A stretch of 40,301 nt of DNA, taken from contig JYFJ02003547.1 of the NCBI GenBank assembly GCA_000934665.2, positions 1 through 40,301 of the forward strand. Reading direction: 5' to 3'. Source of the DNA: Catajapyx aquilonaris (taxonomy: Eukaryota). Shown here one piece after another: positions 1 through 13,508 of this stretch. Within the stretch, counting starts at the first letter, position 1, and each line of letters opens with the position of its first letter. Under the pieces are notes generated by a model. It saw only the letters and a program-made list of their open reading frames with translations. It was not told the DNA's origin and searched no databases. A program made the position numbers and the translations under genes.

Positions 1-3000
1 AACTGCGAGCAGTTGACCGGGAGTAGGTGCGCCGCGCCGCCCCTCCAAAACGTGGTTCCTGGAGGGCGTGGAGAGGTTTCCACGCCCATGACTCCTGTGC
101 ATTCAACTCCAGGAGGATTCTATCGATAATGTGTGCCTATCTTCCGACCTGTATAGGCCCTGAATTTGTGGCAAAAATAAATAGATTGTAAATCAATATG
201 GTATGGTCCTCTGGACTTATGTGGTTTTCGAAACAACTGATTCCATTAGAATATTTGATTATTCTTACGAGTAAGATATCTAGTACGAAATTGTCATTAG
301 GTCATTAGTAATGGTAGTTATTGTTGATTTGTTGATCAAATAACCACCCCTGTTTGTGGGTAAACAAGTTGCGCTATGTTAATGTACTGTACTGTATTTG
401 GCATGTGGCCTTGTGCCTCGTCTCAATTCAGAGAAGTCACAGCCTCAGGCGTTTCCTTTCATCCTGGCCAGTCCAGCAACACTGCCACTCAAATACGCTG
501 CATTGCCTATATTCCAGGCGCAAGAATTTTTACCTAGAAGCGGCTGCAAATTCCTTGCGTTCAATTCAAGTTTACATATTTAGTTACGTAAATTAGTTTG
601 TTATAGCGTGTGCCAAATGCTGCTGTATTTTTATGCTGTTGCCACGCATTTTCTGTGTCTAACTGATCCATAATTCAAAAACATAGACAACTGCATTACT
701 TGAATGACTGTGCGCAATATTAATTACCTTTTTTCTTGGCACACTGCACACAGGCTAATCCTTCACATGCTGTACAGTCTATCATTACCGCATGATGCAG
801 TAATGCTGGCATGCCAGTGGGCACTTGACTCTTTGGCGTATGTAAGTAAAATATTTCCCACATGCGAACATTTAAAATTGATATAATGACTTTGAAGCAT
901 TTCACTTTTGATCTATAGTCCAGATGTGAATAGCTCACATTCGTGCAGAGTAATAACTGCAATATAATTTCTCTTTGATGCCCGGTGATATAATGTGGCA
1001 TTGTGAACATTCGGGCGTATTTAATATTTATTACTGCCACCATTGATACACTTTTTGTCAAAGAGAGATAGCCATTTTGAAGTTACCGGGTCCTTATGTT
1101 AGAATATCGATTAAAGTCATTTAAATAATTGCTGATCGAGAATTTTTCGCGCTCAACAAAATAATATCGCATTCAGTAAATGATTAATAATTGCACCTTT
1201 CGTTAAGCTTCAACGGTACAATTCATGCTATTATCCGAATACCGTAGTTGTAAGTGTCTTGCAAGGACACCACACCTGATTAAAAAGGATAATGACGTCA
1301 ATGAAACATCCTTACAACACGGGTAGTAACTGTTGACGCCCACGTGACGGGCGTAAAATGTAAACTGATCATATATTAAACAGGGCCAATTAATCACCTC
1401 CAAATTGCTAGTAGTTGCAACATCATGTTACTTCAATGCTTGCAATGATGCATAGTAACATAATACACCTACATATTCACAATGCAATGCGGTGTAGGTG
1501 TACCGGCTGTTTTGTCCGGTCTAGTCTCCGTGACAAGCCCAATGTATGTGGTCATCAATCCACATCCTTTACGAAGATTGGAGCTATTGGCGCGCTTTAA
1601 TCCGCGGGAAATCACCTACTGTAGTTGGCGCACGTCACGTCGCTCAATAAGAGACTCCTAAAGGCGGCTCAACTGCAGCAAATTATGACGACAGAGTTCT
1701 TCCATTTCCATGACGCCGTAATGGGGAGAAAATATATATGCTCTGGCACAAAATTCTGCTTTATATGACACGAAAGAGGCAGGAAGGGATGAAGAAATTC
1801 CATTTTTTGTTGGATCCAACATAGTGAAAGGAGTGAGCATAGTGTGGGCCGTGGGGGGGGCTTAGTACCACCACATCATTCGAGGGCGTACCCATATTTC
1901 GTCATATGTGCACTTATCTCCATTTGGGTGCAGTCCGACATTGGAATTGCAAAATGGCGGAAAAAAATATTCGTGGTGTCAATCAGTAAGAGCTAGCCAC
2001 GCAAGCTTTCCATATGATTTCTGCTTTCGATGCATGAAAACGCTGCACGTTTCATGAATGAATCAAACCCGACCTTTTAGGCACGTCAACTCCAGTTCGT
2101 TAACCTATCCTTCACTCTAATGTTGCTCTCAAATTCATGTCCTATGTCACCTGTTTTTTCGCGAATATCCGGGGTGGAAATCCCTAAAGTGCAGGTAATC
2201 CATGGGAATCCGGAAGAATAAAACATAATCCCAGGAAATTTCAGGAATCCCATTCCCAGTACTCCCCTCTTTCACAAAAAAGAGAGGTCCAATGCATGAT
2301 GTGGAAGCCACAAGTGTCTATCGGGTACTTGAGCGAGGATCCATGACGAAGCAGAATTTCGACGCTCTATTATTAGCTCCTTATCCCACTCACTCGTCAG
2401 CTTAATTAAAGGAGTTGTTGAAAGCGGAGTATATAACTGGGCAGGATTTAATTTCGACCCGCCTCATCTCGAGAGCAGCCCCCTCTACCCCACATTCCCC
2501 CCCATCCAACGATCCAGATATATACACTAGGCAAAAGACACACTGATATTTCCTCGCCTAATTAACTCCTGCAGAATAAGTCAAAGGCAACTAATGAAGT
2601 CGGTGGAAGAAAGTTTTCCAGCACCATTAGAAAAAGGCGCGGGCTGGATGAAAAATGATCCTAACTTTGCCCACACCTTCTGAAGACCCCGCAACTGGAG
2701 CAGCAATTTAAGTAATACTGCAACTGCATCCACAGGATTCAATCAACCCTGTCTGCAATATCCTGTAGTCCATATATGTCGAGTGCAGTCATGGTGGAAG
2801 GTTAAACACGTAATATTTATACTCATAAGCGTTATTATAATTATACAAAATATTCAAATTCTTATATCAAGGGCGGTGTCTAAAATTGTACAAAACGTAC
2901 AAGTATAATAGGTACTGAAATGAGAAATGAAAACAGCAAATTGCACAGGAATACGGTATCTTACATTTCCTCGAATGTGTATTCCTATTCCAGGGAGCAT

Positions 3001-6000
3001 TGATATAACTTGAGCGCCGTTTATACTAATCATTCTTGCCTGCAGCAAGGATTGAGTATACTAGAATTGTGTGCGTTGTATGGATTTTTCCAGGAACCTG
3101 CTTTGCACAGTGTTTGCAGAATGGTGTCCAGAAGTGAATAATTCCAATTACGGCGCAGTCTCACCAGACTTTTGCAAACAGTTGACCAATGCGTAGACGC
3201 CACTGTTTTACTGTAAGTAAAGCTCAGCCAGCTTACAGTCTGCAAGAGTAGACCGCCTCTTGGCAATTACCCATGGGGTTAGCGTGACTGTCTGGACTAA
3301 CGGCCGGACACCAAATACAAGTTACGGTAAGTTAAGGTTCTAGGGAATGGGTCACTTGCTCCATCAGAGAGTCATGCGTGTAAACGCGACTGGAGGTTTT
3401 TGTATTTGCAACCCACCGCTTGGAGCGCTGCTAGTGGAACTACTCTAAAACCTTTTCCAGTAACAAGTGTGAATTTCAACATTCTTTAAGAGGAAATATC
3501 AGACAAGTCGCGTTGGCACTACCTTACATCTCCACTGACATTAATTCAATATTATGCAGCAGGAGTCCGGGGGATCATGTCCCCGGTTGGCCAGGACTTT
3601 CTTTCCAGTATTTCAGAAGAACTTGGCCCAAGTTTAGCAGCAGTAAAATGGCAGAAAATGGGAGTTGGAACGTCATGTCGGAAATCTTTTAATCCTCCCG
3701 ACTAAAACTTGGGCTTCCAATCTGACTCGACTTCCCCACGGATTCATAGAGAGTGGGGAAGGTATGAAATAATATCCCTGCTGAGGTACACCTCTGTCAA
3801 ATTCGGCCATTCATGTCGTAATCCAGCACAGGGCCATATATCCCACGTGGGGATGAGGGGAAAGGAAATATTATTTGGGCCAGACTTCGATTCAAAAGGC
3901 CCTTGACCGAGCTCCGAGTTCTAATGTACTATTCATGCTGCACGTTTTCCCACGTCATGTACCCTCATTTCCAGCGGACGTTTTCGGGGCTCGTTCCTTT
4001 TTTATATATCCACCTGCCGTTTATCAGGCTCTCATGAAAATGTATGTCGCTGAATTTTGAAACTGGAAGAGATGTACACTTCAGTCAATGCGTTTGTCCA
4101 GAAGCCAGCAGCAATAGGCGATGGAACTGTTAGCCAGACCACGAAGGAAGACTCAATTTTCGAAAACGTGACAAGTTCTTACTTCCAATAACAGATCACT
4201 ATCATCAGTTAGGCGGGTCGTATGTATACAGTACGAAAATGATGGGAAATCTCTCTTTGCTGTCAGCATACAAGAGAGCTGCCACACTGGATGGGTCATG
4301 TGGTTTTAAAAAATACGAATATGAAAGAAGAGGCGCGCGGACCGTGCTAGGAAGAGACTCAGGGAAATGCACATAGCCACATACAATATTTGTTAATTCT
4401 ACATTCAAGTTTATGAGTTGCATTTATATACAATACGACTGCCTAAAATGGGAAATATTTTACTTTTCCTATACACAATTTACTGTTATTAATTGGTAAA
4501 ATCTTATTGTAAGAAATATGTATAAAATGTAATTATTTACACAAGCTTCTCGTGAGATGACGATCTCAGGTTGGAATGCATAATTATGGTAAAAGAGCAA
4601 TATCTTCAATAAGTAGCCCTGGATTTGTTACCAAGCCATCAATCTAGACATATCTACTTGCAATTTCTTCATCGTTTTCATTATTCAGTGCAGTTCAGGC
4701 AATGCTAAGTGACTATAAAGGGGAGCGTGTATATCTTGTATATGTCAACTCTCGCTCAATATAGCACATGATTCAGTTACGGGCTTTAGGGAGCATGCAT
4801 TTATTATTACTTGGGGCAGAACTTAAGTGAATTTCATACAGGCCGCCGTCTTGCAAATTTAACATCCCCTGCAGGTAATGACTGAGTTTAGGAAGCATAT
4901 CGATGGCCAAGTGTGCAAGTATTGTAAATCACAAATGAAAATGTACAGGAAGCCCAAAGAAAGTAACATTCTTGACTGGTCAATGAGCATACCCCTGATG
5001 TTCCGCACTGAACTTCAGGTTATAAATCGATGTGTATTTCTACGAGTTGCAATATTATTTACACACTTGGTGCATCATGAATTTTTGGATATAAAAAGTA
5101 CAAGTTCTAAGGGGTGAATGAGAAATGGAAATGACAAAAAATATGGTTAATTTAATTATTTAGATTAGAAGACAAAGTGTACGTAATTCATGAAAAACAG
5201 TCACAGTGAGCATGCAAAGTATGTAATCAGATGTATGCAATGATGTAAAACACAGCATGTAGCATGCACAACGTATTTCTCTGCATAAACATGGCGAAAT
5301 ATTTCCCAGAATTGTGCATTGTAGGTTTTTTTGCCATTTTGAGAACGACAGCCTATAAGCTTGTCGAAGGATTGAGGCATATGGCCGTGGGATATAATCA
5401 AGCAAACGGGTGTGATATGTATATGCAATAAATGCGTTCTATCCCAATAATCGGATCTGCCCTCCCCCATCCCAGTATTTCCCCGCCCCTCCCATCTCCC
5501 CCTTTTCATTCCGAAGCTCTGATGGCTCCATTGCAAAATTCATGGCGGTCCCACATGGGTTCTAAAATCGGGCTGAAATAAAGCTCCATATGGTGGGCGT
5601 GAAGCAGGCCATTTTCTTTCAAAGCGGCGCACATGTTATGCCGTGCGTCTATAATCATGAAAATTGAAGCCTGCACCGACCATTACCGACCAAACAGGGC
5701 TTAAATAGGGAACATGATGGCCCAGACATGAGTTGGTGCTCCGGATAATTTATGAAATTGTGTAAATGTCAATGGCATCCGGGACGCCAAACGCAATCGT
5801 ACAATATGATCATCCCTCTGGCTCCATCCCACCCCTTATTTTTTATTCGCCTCAAAAACCACGGCATTTTCCAGTCTTTTCAAATAGATAATTTATTGAC
5901 CGGGTAAAATCCATTTCCAGGGGGAAATCGACAATAAGAGAGACAATGCGCTTTCAATCCCGTTTATCAACCCCTAAAGCTTTGCGCGTTTTGGGCCAGA

Positions 6001-7140
6001 GCCGCAAGCTTCAAAAACGTAACGCCAGGGAATTATCAATAATTCATCTGCGGAATTGGACCATGCTGGTTGGCCAGAATATACTCCCTCCCTGTATGCA
6101 CGACCTGGTCAAGGTGATGGAAATCAAAAGTTCATTGCTCTCTACAACGATTCTTCCTAATTATTTAGCGCAATCTTGGATAGAAACAAACCATCCAAAG
6201 CATCCTGCTGCAGACGAGCTGCTGCTGGGCTGTTCCTTTGAAGAGCAGCACATCTCCCTTATTCTGGGAATGGCTGTTGGTGCAGACAGGGAAATCCGTC
6301 CGTGTTCAACGACACATGAATTTGCCTCGGACTGTATGTATGGGGGCCTCAAGCCCTGCAGATCGATGGGAACCGCGGCCATCCTCAGGGATATGTCCTC
6401 TTTTTCTCTCTTTTCGAGAACGACCCTGCTACGTATTCTTCTCAAGCCCGGCACTAAATCTTCTGCAGGCCTACCGCAACCCAGCCGATTCAAACTGCTG
6501 CTTTTAATTAAGGGTTTACTGAGTGTCTCCACGCAAATTGAACCCGATTCATTTCACTTTCGACCACCCCCCGCAGGACACATGTCCTCTTGTCTGCTTA
6601 TGCCATTTTTTCTGGCTACTCCCATCTTCGTTTCGTCCTATAATCTATGTTCAATAAATACACGGACGCTTACTTTTTCTAAAACCAATTTAAAACGCAC
6701 GCGAGAGCCTGAAAATATGTTGCATTTAAATTATGTAATGGGCCATTTGAATTTTGGGCCTCTGACATAATCATAGGGGCAATGCAGTTTTATTCCCCAA
6801 TCAAAAGGCTTATGTCGCAATAAAAAGAAATATGGGTATGCGTAATTTCCAGAGTTTTTATCTTTTCGACAGAGAAATCGTTTCTGGCGAGGATATTTTT
6901 AACGCCCGCCATTAGTGATTCAGAGGGTGCACGTTATGCGCGAGCGTGAAAATTTTTGGGAGGCCTAAAACCATTGCCGGCTGCCAGCCACTCTAGAATA
7001 TTGGCGATTTGCATGGAGTATTGTACTAGAGGCTGCCTAAAAATTGGACAATAGTTTTAATGATATACTGTAAAAAATACTATCTGTGCAAAATGCCTAT
7101 AATATCTTCGACTTAACTGACCACTCGGCTCTTTTTAATT

Positions 7141-7189
7141 TTTATTTATTTATTTATTTATTCATTCATCCATTTATTTATTTATTTAT
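7141..7189. repeat. (TTTA)n microsatellite, interrupted by TTCA/TCCA units
   Basis: tttatttatttatttattta ttcattcatcca tttatttatttatttat read directly. Confidence 0.9.
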
Positions 7190-10160
7190 CAGGCGGGGGA
7201 ATCTACTTGGTATCTGTAGAATCTGCAGTGCAATATACTCGTAGTTATCTGGGTAAACATAATTGTGGTCCGAAATGAGCAATAATGTATAGAGGGCTGT
7301 TGAGTGAACGAGAAAATTGCAAGCTAAGCCCAGTGCCTATTTTTAAATCCATCATATTACGCAAGTCGTAATGTTGTTTCATCTTACTGGATGTAATTTT
7401 TTTATGGAAACGAATATCGAAAAGTAATAAGGTGGCAATCATCGCAGTGAATTCGATCTGCTGCAGAGCAGAATAATAATACAGGCAAGCATATTGCGCG
7501 TCAGATATGAAAAATTTGCTTTCAGGCAGAGAAAATTGTTTTTCCCCTCAACTCGATCGTTGCGGAGCCTGCTACAGCATCGTTTTCTAGTTTTCGGGAA
7601 AACGTTCGTTACTCATGTCAACGAAGATAAATGGAAAAAAAGGAGCTGTAGTCCAAGTCATATTCAAAAAGAAATTGTGACTTCCTGACTTTGTCCGTGA
7701 CCAAATGAATACTCCTGAGCAATTTTCGATACTTATTTTGTAATGGATTTTTGAACAAATTTCACCACCTTCTGCTGACTTAATTACTCCCAGCAAATTA
7801 CCTCTCTTTGTAATAGGGAGTATCTCAGAACAAATACTTAACCCATTGGTTTTTTAAACAAGGCTCCACATAGCATTGTGGATTTGCTCAATTATTATTA
7901 TTAGTATGAACATAATCCGTAAATCAAGATAGATATAATTTTGTGTACATATGTCCGCAGATTCTAACTCATTTCCAGAGAACCTGCAACATTTCAAATT
8001 GGGACACTGATAGGTAAAACCTCGGGAGAAAGTCGGAAAACCGTGCATATTTCCATCTAGATGGCGGCTGAATAGCTCTCGGAATTTCAGGAAAATTTCA
8101 GACGTTGCGTTGCTTAGAACATGAGTCTTCACTCTCTTATCAATTTTCAAATTTATGTTATTATTACATTTACCTCAAACCCGTCATTGCTTGGACTATG
8201 CATGCAATTTAAGTATTTGAAGAAGAGAGAATTTATGCATATAGGAAGAGGGAAATGTGTTATTACTAGAAGCCGCTTCTGGTTCACCAATGCGCTTTAC
8301 TGCAATAAAATTAATGTGTAAGAAATCATTAAATAAAAAGTCAAATCATGGACATACGGAGGGTGTGGGGACCACCCAACTTACACAGGTCCTAGAAGGG
8401 ACCTCTTCACCCGTCGCCTGGAAAAACGGTACAGATACATATGCAGGAATTTCGATCAGTGTGTTGAGTTGATAATTTTTTACACAAGTAATCATAAAGA
8501 CACTGCTGAGAGAGTACTACAGTTCAAATAACTACTAGCAGTTTTGTGATATGCACTATCCCATACATGTATTTACGAAACTATGCTTATCCTTCCCGTA
8601 TGTCTTGCTTCACCCCCATCAGTCACCCCATTCATCTTGTTGTTGCTGAGAAAAGCCATTACTGTTGCTAGGCTGAACAAATAGCCGAGTTCCAGAAAAG
8701 TTGATAATCAATGGGAATAAAACAAGACAAAAATTTAATTTATTATACAATCAACTACAAGACAACCAGAAACCCTCTACTGCTGGCCCGCAGTACTAGT
8801 AATGACCAATCCAAACAACGTTTGGGATCGCTATGTTCAAAACTGGCATCTAAAACTCTTTCTGCAAGTAATTGTGCATAGCTGGATTATAAACAGAATA
8901 TATATGGTTCTGCACTGCCCAAGCCCATACTCCAACAATTGGTGCGAAGGAGAAAAAAGGGTTGTTTGCTTCAGCTTCCAGTTTAAAAGAGAGCAACATT
9001 ATCGACATGAAAACGCGGCTCTGATTGCTTCTCTCTAAACTGATTGCCACGTGACTCCTTTCTCTCCTCTTTCATAAGTACTGTATATGGTAAACATTTA
9101 AATCGGGCATTAATTAAACATACAAATACCATATTATGAGTAATTACACCTTGCCAGCCTCGAATGTATGAGTACATTTAACTGTGGCATGATTTCAATA
9201 ATTGGCCGCTTTGGCCTACTCCAGCGATGATTTCACCTCTCTGTACGCTACATTTTGGAGGTATTCTTTCGGGCCTCTGCGGTCACACGGCGATAATTTT
9301 TCCTCTTTACAAAACTGGCCAGCCCTCGAACTAATCATTTTTCAACATTGAGTGCACTGCATAACATTCCACTTTGTTGTTTAATCACCAGTCGGTTTAG
9401 CGTGAACGACAAAGTTTACGCTCCACGCGGCACTTGTGCTGAGAAATGATCAGTTTGGGATGGCCAGCTAGCCCTAAACCCAAAAAAGGAGCAATACCGT
9501 AGAGGCGTTTTCGGCAGGAATGTGCCCACCGCAGAGTTAACTTGTTACAAGTGACAGAAATGCAATAATGCGCATTTAGGGATAAATGGCCCTCGCTTGA
9601 ACTCAACGGTCTGGAACTTAATTAGCAAAATTATGGACTGCAGTTCGGTCTGTCTAACCAGACTCCTGTTGCTCACTTGATTCCCATGGATTGGTCTACA
9701 TTTTCGTAGATGCACGCAAAGGGATTAACCCCTGGTCATTGTCACCATATACATTCCATCTACATCCACTTATACCATTCAAAATTAGTGTGTTCGCATT
9801 AAAAGCTGATTCCATGGCAATTCCCTTTGTCACAATGGTTACACCTACTGGTGACAAGCCCCATTCAACGTGTGTGCAGCATAACTCGAACAGCAATCCT
9901 CCGAATGCACAGATACATGCGCAACTGCTACCAACAAAGCTTTTCATTGCATATTCACGCCCGGACATAATGCAAGAGATTGTCCATTGTCGATTAAGTC
10001 CCGTTGGGGAATGGAATGCGTCCATCCGTCCCTCCATCCACCCAGCGCACTCTCCTCTTTGACTGGGAATAAACAAGTTTATGCGCAGCAATGATTATTC
10101 TGCAAACTGGCCATAGGACGCCGGATTATCCCCTGACTGACTGGCCATCACAGTGTTTGT

Positions 10161-10192
10161 CCGGATCGCCCGGATAGCCCGGATTGCTCTGG
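10161..10192. repeat. 9-bp tandem repeat, about 3.5 copies
   Basis: ccggatcgc ccggatagc ccggattgc tctgg. Confidence 0.7.
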
Positions 10193-10382
10193 TTCTAATC
10201 AGAAGGGGTGTTGATACAACTTGGGGGTCGTACAAATGAATGGATGCAGGGCTGCATTCTTCCAGGTCTGCACGACCGTAATTACATGCTGCCCTTTTCT
10301 GACGTGTCACCAAATTGTAACTACAGCTACACCTTTTCTTATTTTGAAAATATCTCAGCAGACAGAAATTACAACTATACTA

Positions 10383-10693
10383 CAGTAGGGGTAAGATAAC
10401 TTATGAGTTTTGGGAGGTGGCTTGTGTCCTTGACAACCATAATTATCCCCGCCCCCTACCGGTCGACCAATCAGGATTCGATTTCAAAGGAGATGGGCGT
10501 TATGTTCTAAAACCTCAAGAATGAGATGAGTGTGTTTACACTAACGCAATTGGTAACCCAGCAGGGGGGAAATATTTCTCCAACAATCGTTTTTAATTCA
10601 ATACAAAAAAAAACTCAGCAGGGGGCGGGGATAATTATGGTTGTCAAGGACACAAGCTACCTCCCCAAACGCATGAGTTATCTTACCATACTG
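10383..10693. mobile_element. Tc1/mariner-type non-autonomous element (MITE), 311 bp
   Basis: About 75-bp imperfect terminal inverted repeats (TIRs): cagtaggggtaagataacttatgagttttgggaggtggcttgtgtccttgacaaccataattatccccgccccct at 10383-10457, reverse complement at 10620-10693. CAGT...ACTG ends, TA on both sides (10381-10382, 10694-10695), no ORF. Confidence 0.88.
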
Positions 10694-11016
10694 TAACTTA
10701 TGTCATTATATAAATTGATAATAGCCCCAAGCAAAGATAATGATGAAAAATCCTTGGTAGGTCCATCATGTCCGAGCAGGCAATATAATGAAAATATGTC
10801 TCTTCCCATGTTATAGGCCTACACAGTGGATTAAACACTTGTTCAGGGTTTACTGTTGATCGTGCAAACTACCCTTAGATCTCCTAAATACTGTACTAGG
10901 TGTGAAAATCTAATCCATTCAATTACATCATATTTTCAAATAAATTAATCTATATACGCAATCAGTAAAATCATACCTGTAACACACTGGGGTATAGCCT
11001 GGATTTATCATATTTA

Positions 11017-11164
11017 GGGCCAGTTGCACCGACCTCAGTATATCTTAGAACCTCAGGTATATCAAGAATTGCCATAGCAATCATTGTTGACCAACAATGA
11101 TTGCTATGGCAATTCTTGATATACCCGAGGTTCTAAGATATACTGAGGTCGGTGCAACTGGCCC
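11017..11164. mobile_element. Palindromic MITE, PIF/Harbinger (Tourist)-like, 148 bp
   Basis: Arms 11017-11089 and 11092-11164 (73 bp each) are reverse complements with one mismatch and a 2-nt centre. Ends GGGCC...GGCCC; direct TTA flanks at 11014-11016 and 11165-11167, the 3-bp TWA TSD typical of PIF/Harbinger. Confidence 0.88.
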
Positions 11165-13348
11165 TTAGTAATTAAATTTAACTTCATGGTAGGATGAGTT
11201 GTCAGAACAACTGGTGCACTACAAGTTCATGTACTGTATGATCTCTACATTGTGTTTATCAGCTGAGTATATACAGTGTATCAACTTGAACATTCGCATT
11301 TCGGATAAAAATAATTAACTCGGGCTAGTAAATGCAAGTACAAAATGGTACATATGAGTTTGAAAAAAACAACAGTGGTGATACTTTGTGATGCTATTGC
11401 CCATATGCGCTGCACGAAGTGAGGTATAAAACGCAGTTGTCCAGTAACGAATCGGTATATGACAATACAAATCCACGATAGGAAAGAATGTTAATGTTCC
11501 ACTGCGGCTGCAATATGGCCGTAATTAGCTGCCATGTTACCAAGCAAAAGTCAATAATGCCCAGTTGATTATGATAGCAAATAAATTTAACACAGTGGCA
11601 ATTATTATTTCAATTCACAGGCTGTCAACCGGATATTCACAACTAGTCTGCCACAAATGCTTAATGCATTTTTACACTCAGGCCATGACGAATGCGAACA
11701 TAACAATAGCACAACTTACTAGAGGGATGCAGGGGTTAAGACGCGAGTGGTCCTAACTCCATGGTATATACTTGAGAACCGATGGTCCAAAGATGATTTG
11801 GAGGCAATTGTGTCCGGTCTAACGCCCAGCGAAATTTCGGGCTCACCACGCCTCTAATTGAAAGCAGAGTGTGCTCTTTGTGGCCAAGACAAAAGGTTCG
11901 GAAGCCTGGAAACCGTATCCAGTTGGTGGTTCAAATGGCGCCCAAATTTCTCCGTCCTTTCTGAGCCGAATGGATCCATCGGAGCGTGCAACTCGGACCA
12001 CGATGTGTCCGATCCACCTCTCCGCTCGGCCACCCGAGGATTTTCCAGGGATGAGGGTCAGAGGTTATGATGACATAGCACGTTTCCAGTTCAAGTTTCT
12101 TTTTCCAACGGGGCTCCGAATTACGTGCATTGTAGCACAAGTGCTGATCAGTTACAATACATGATGATGCCAGGAGAAAAAGTGTAGCCTGGCGCTGTAC
12201 CAGCACTCTAGCAAGGTTTTGCAACCTTCACCCTAGTAGATACATTTGTCTAACCAGTTTTGGCATGTAGTACAGTACCTTCTAAACAACCATTTTTTGC
12301 AATACCATGCTATGATAACATTATTCAAAATAACGGACAAATTCCTGCGGTTCTTATGCGCATTTACGGGCAATTTGGCAAAAGTTGAGCTTATAAGGAG
12401 TTGAGCTTCGGGATAGAGCGACACGTGCGTGGAGTTTAGGGCGAGTCGTGACTAATTAGGAAGAACAATGGGCAGCGAATTCACGCAAGCCATGAGGATC
12501 AGATATTGCAAGCTGAGTCAACAGGTTGCACCGCTGCTTCCCTTGTTGTGAGCTCGCTCACCGTGAAATTGGAAGGAGCCTGATTGATCACTGACTCAAC
12601 TGCCTACGAACGCCGAATAGTAAATAAGTATGAAATATACCGACAACCTGTACGATCTGGACGTTACAATATATAGGAAACCCAGTGGAATTTGTGTGTA
12701 GACATGGTGAGCTTTCTGCTTTGTTTTGTCTGTCACAATGGTCGTCTTCGGCGTTAATTTCTAATAGCATGAAAAGTATATCGGTGCGGACCTACTTATT
12801 CAGAACTTATATTCTTGAACCCTACAGAAGTGCACCATGAATCATCGAGTGATCGATTTCACGATCAATTACACCAATGTGTAAAGGGAGCCTGGAGTCA
12901 AATTACTGGAGCAGGGTAAATGCTCAAAAAAGTAGTCTACGTGGCAAGAATCCGGACTTGCGCTATAATTCACTTGTTACTGTAAGACCAACCTATCTTC
13001 TTTCAGGTCACAAACGCGGATTGGTCGAGTAACTTTTCCCGCCGCCAAACTGCATGCACTGTAGCTGGAACAAAACTTTCCATTTCCTCCCTGGTCCCAG
13101 GGAGAAGAAAATGCCATTTTTGGACTTTCACTAGAAGCGAAAAAAAAGTTGCAATCTCGGATTCGCACTCAGTTCCACCATATCCCCAAGACGTTTCCTA
13201 AAGCTCACATTTCAGGTTGCATTTCTTCTTGTAGCCTATCTGCTATAATATTTATTCTAGCAGTATTGTCAGAGAGATATAAGCTTGAAAACAATGTTAA
13301 AACGAACACGCTATAATTATTACAAATACATCGAGAGACTTCAAGTAA

Positions 13349-13508
13349 ATGTGCGTTTACATGTGGGCAATTTGACGAGCGAAGTCTTCGCCGAGGCTGA
13401 AATTACCAATCGATTTTCGCCTCAAACAATATTGGTTAATTGGTTAATTGGGTTACTCAGCCTCGGCGAAGTCTTCGCTCGTGATATCGCTCACATGTAA
13501 ACGCTGCT
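13349..13508. mobile_element. Degenerate foldback element/MITE, probably PIF/Harbinger-like, about 160 bp
   Basis: Left arm gcgtttacatgtgggcaatttgacgagcgaagtcttcgccgaggctga (from 13353) versus right arm tcagcctcggcgaagtcttcgctcgtgatatcgctcacatgtaaacgc (to 13504), about 48 bp with several mismatches. Flanked by TAA/TTA; exact ends uncertain. Confidence 0.7.

Noticed and set aside
1..162. Possible right end of a hAT-like element (GC-rich stretch ending ...ataggccctg)
   Set aside because: Partner TIR and TSD would lie outside the window; cannot be supported.
5946..6770. Longest ORF in the window (274 aa, +)
   Set aside because: No recognisable domain; Leu/Ser-rich composition typical of non-coding frames; overlapping ORFs in other frames are equally uninformative. 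A BLASTP or RNA-seq check would be needed to rescue it.
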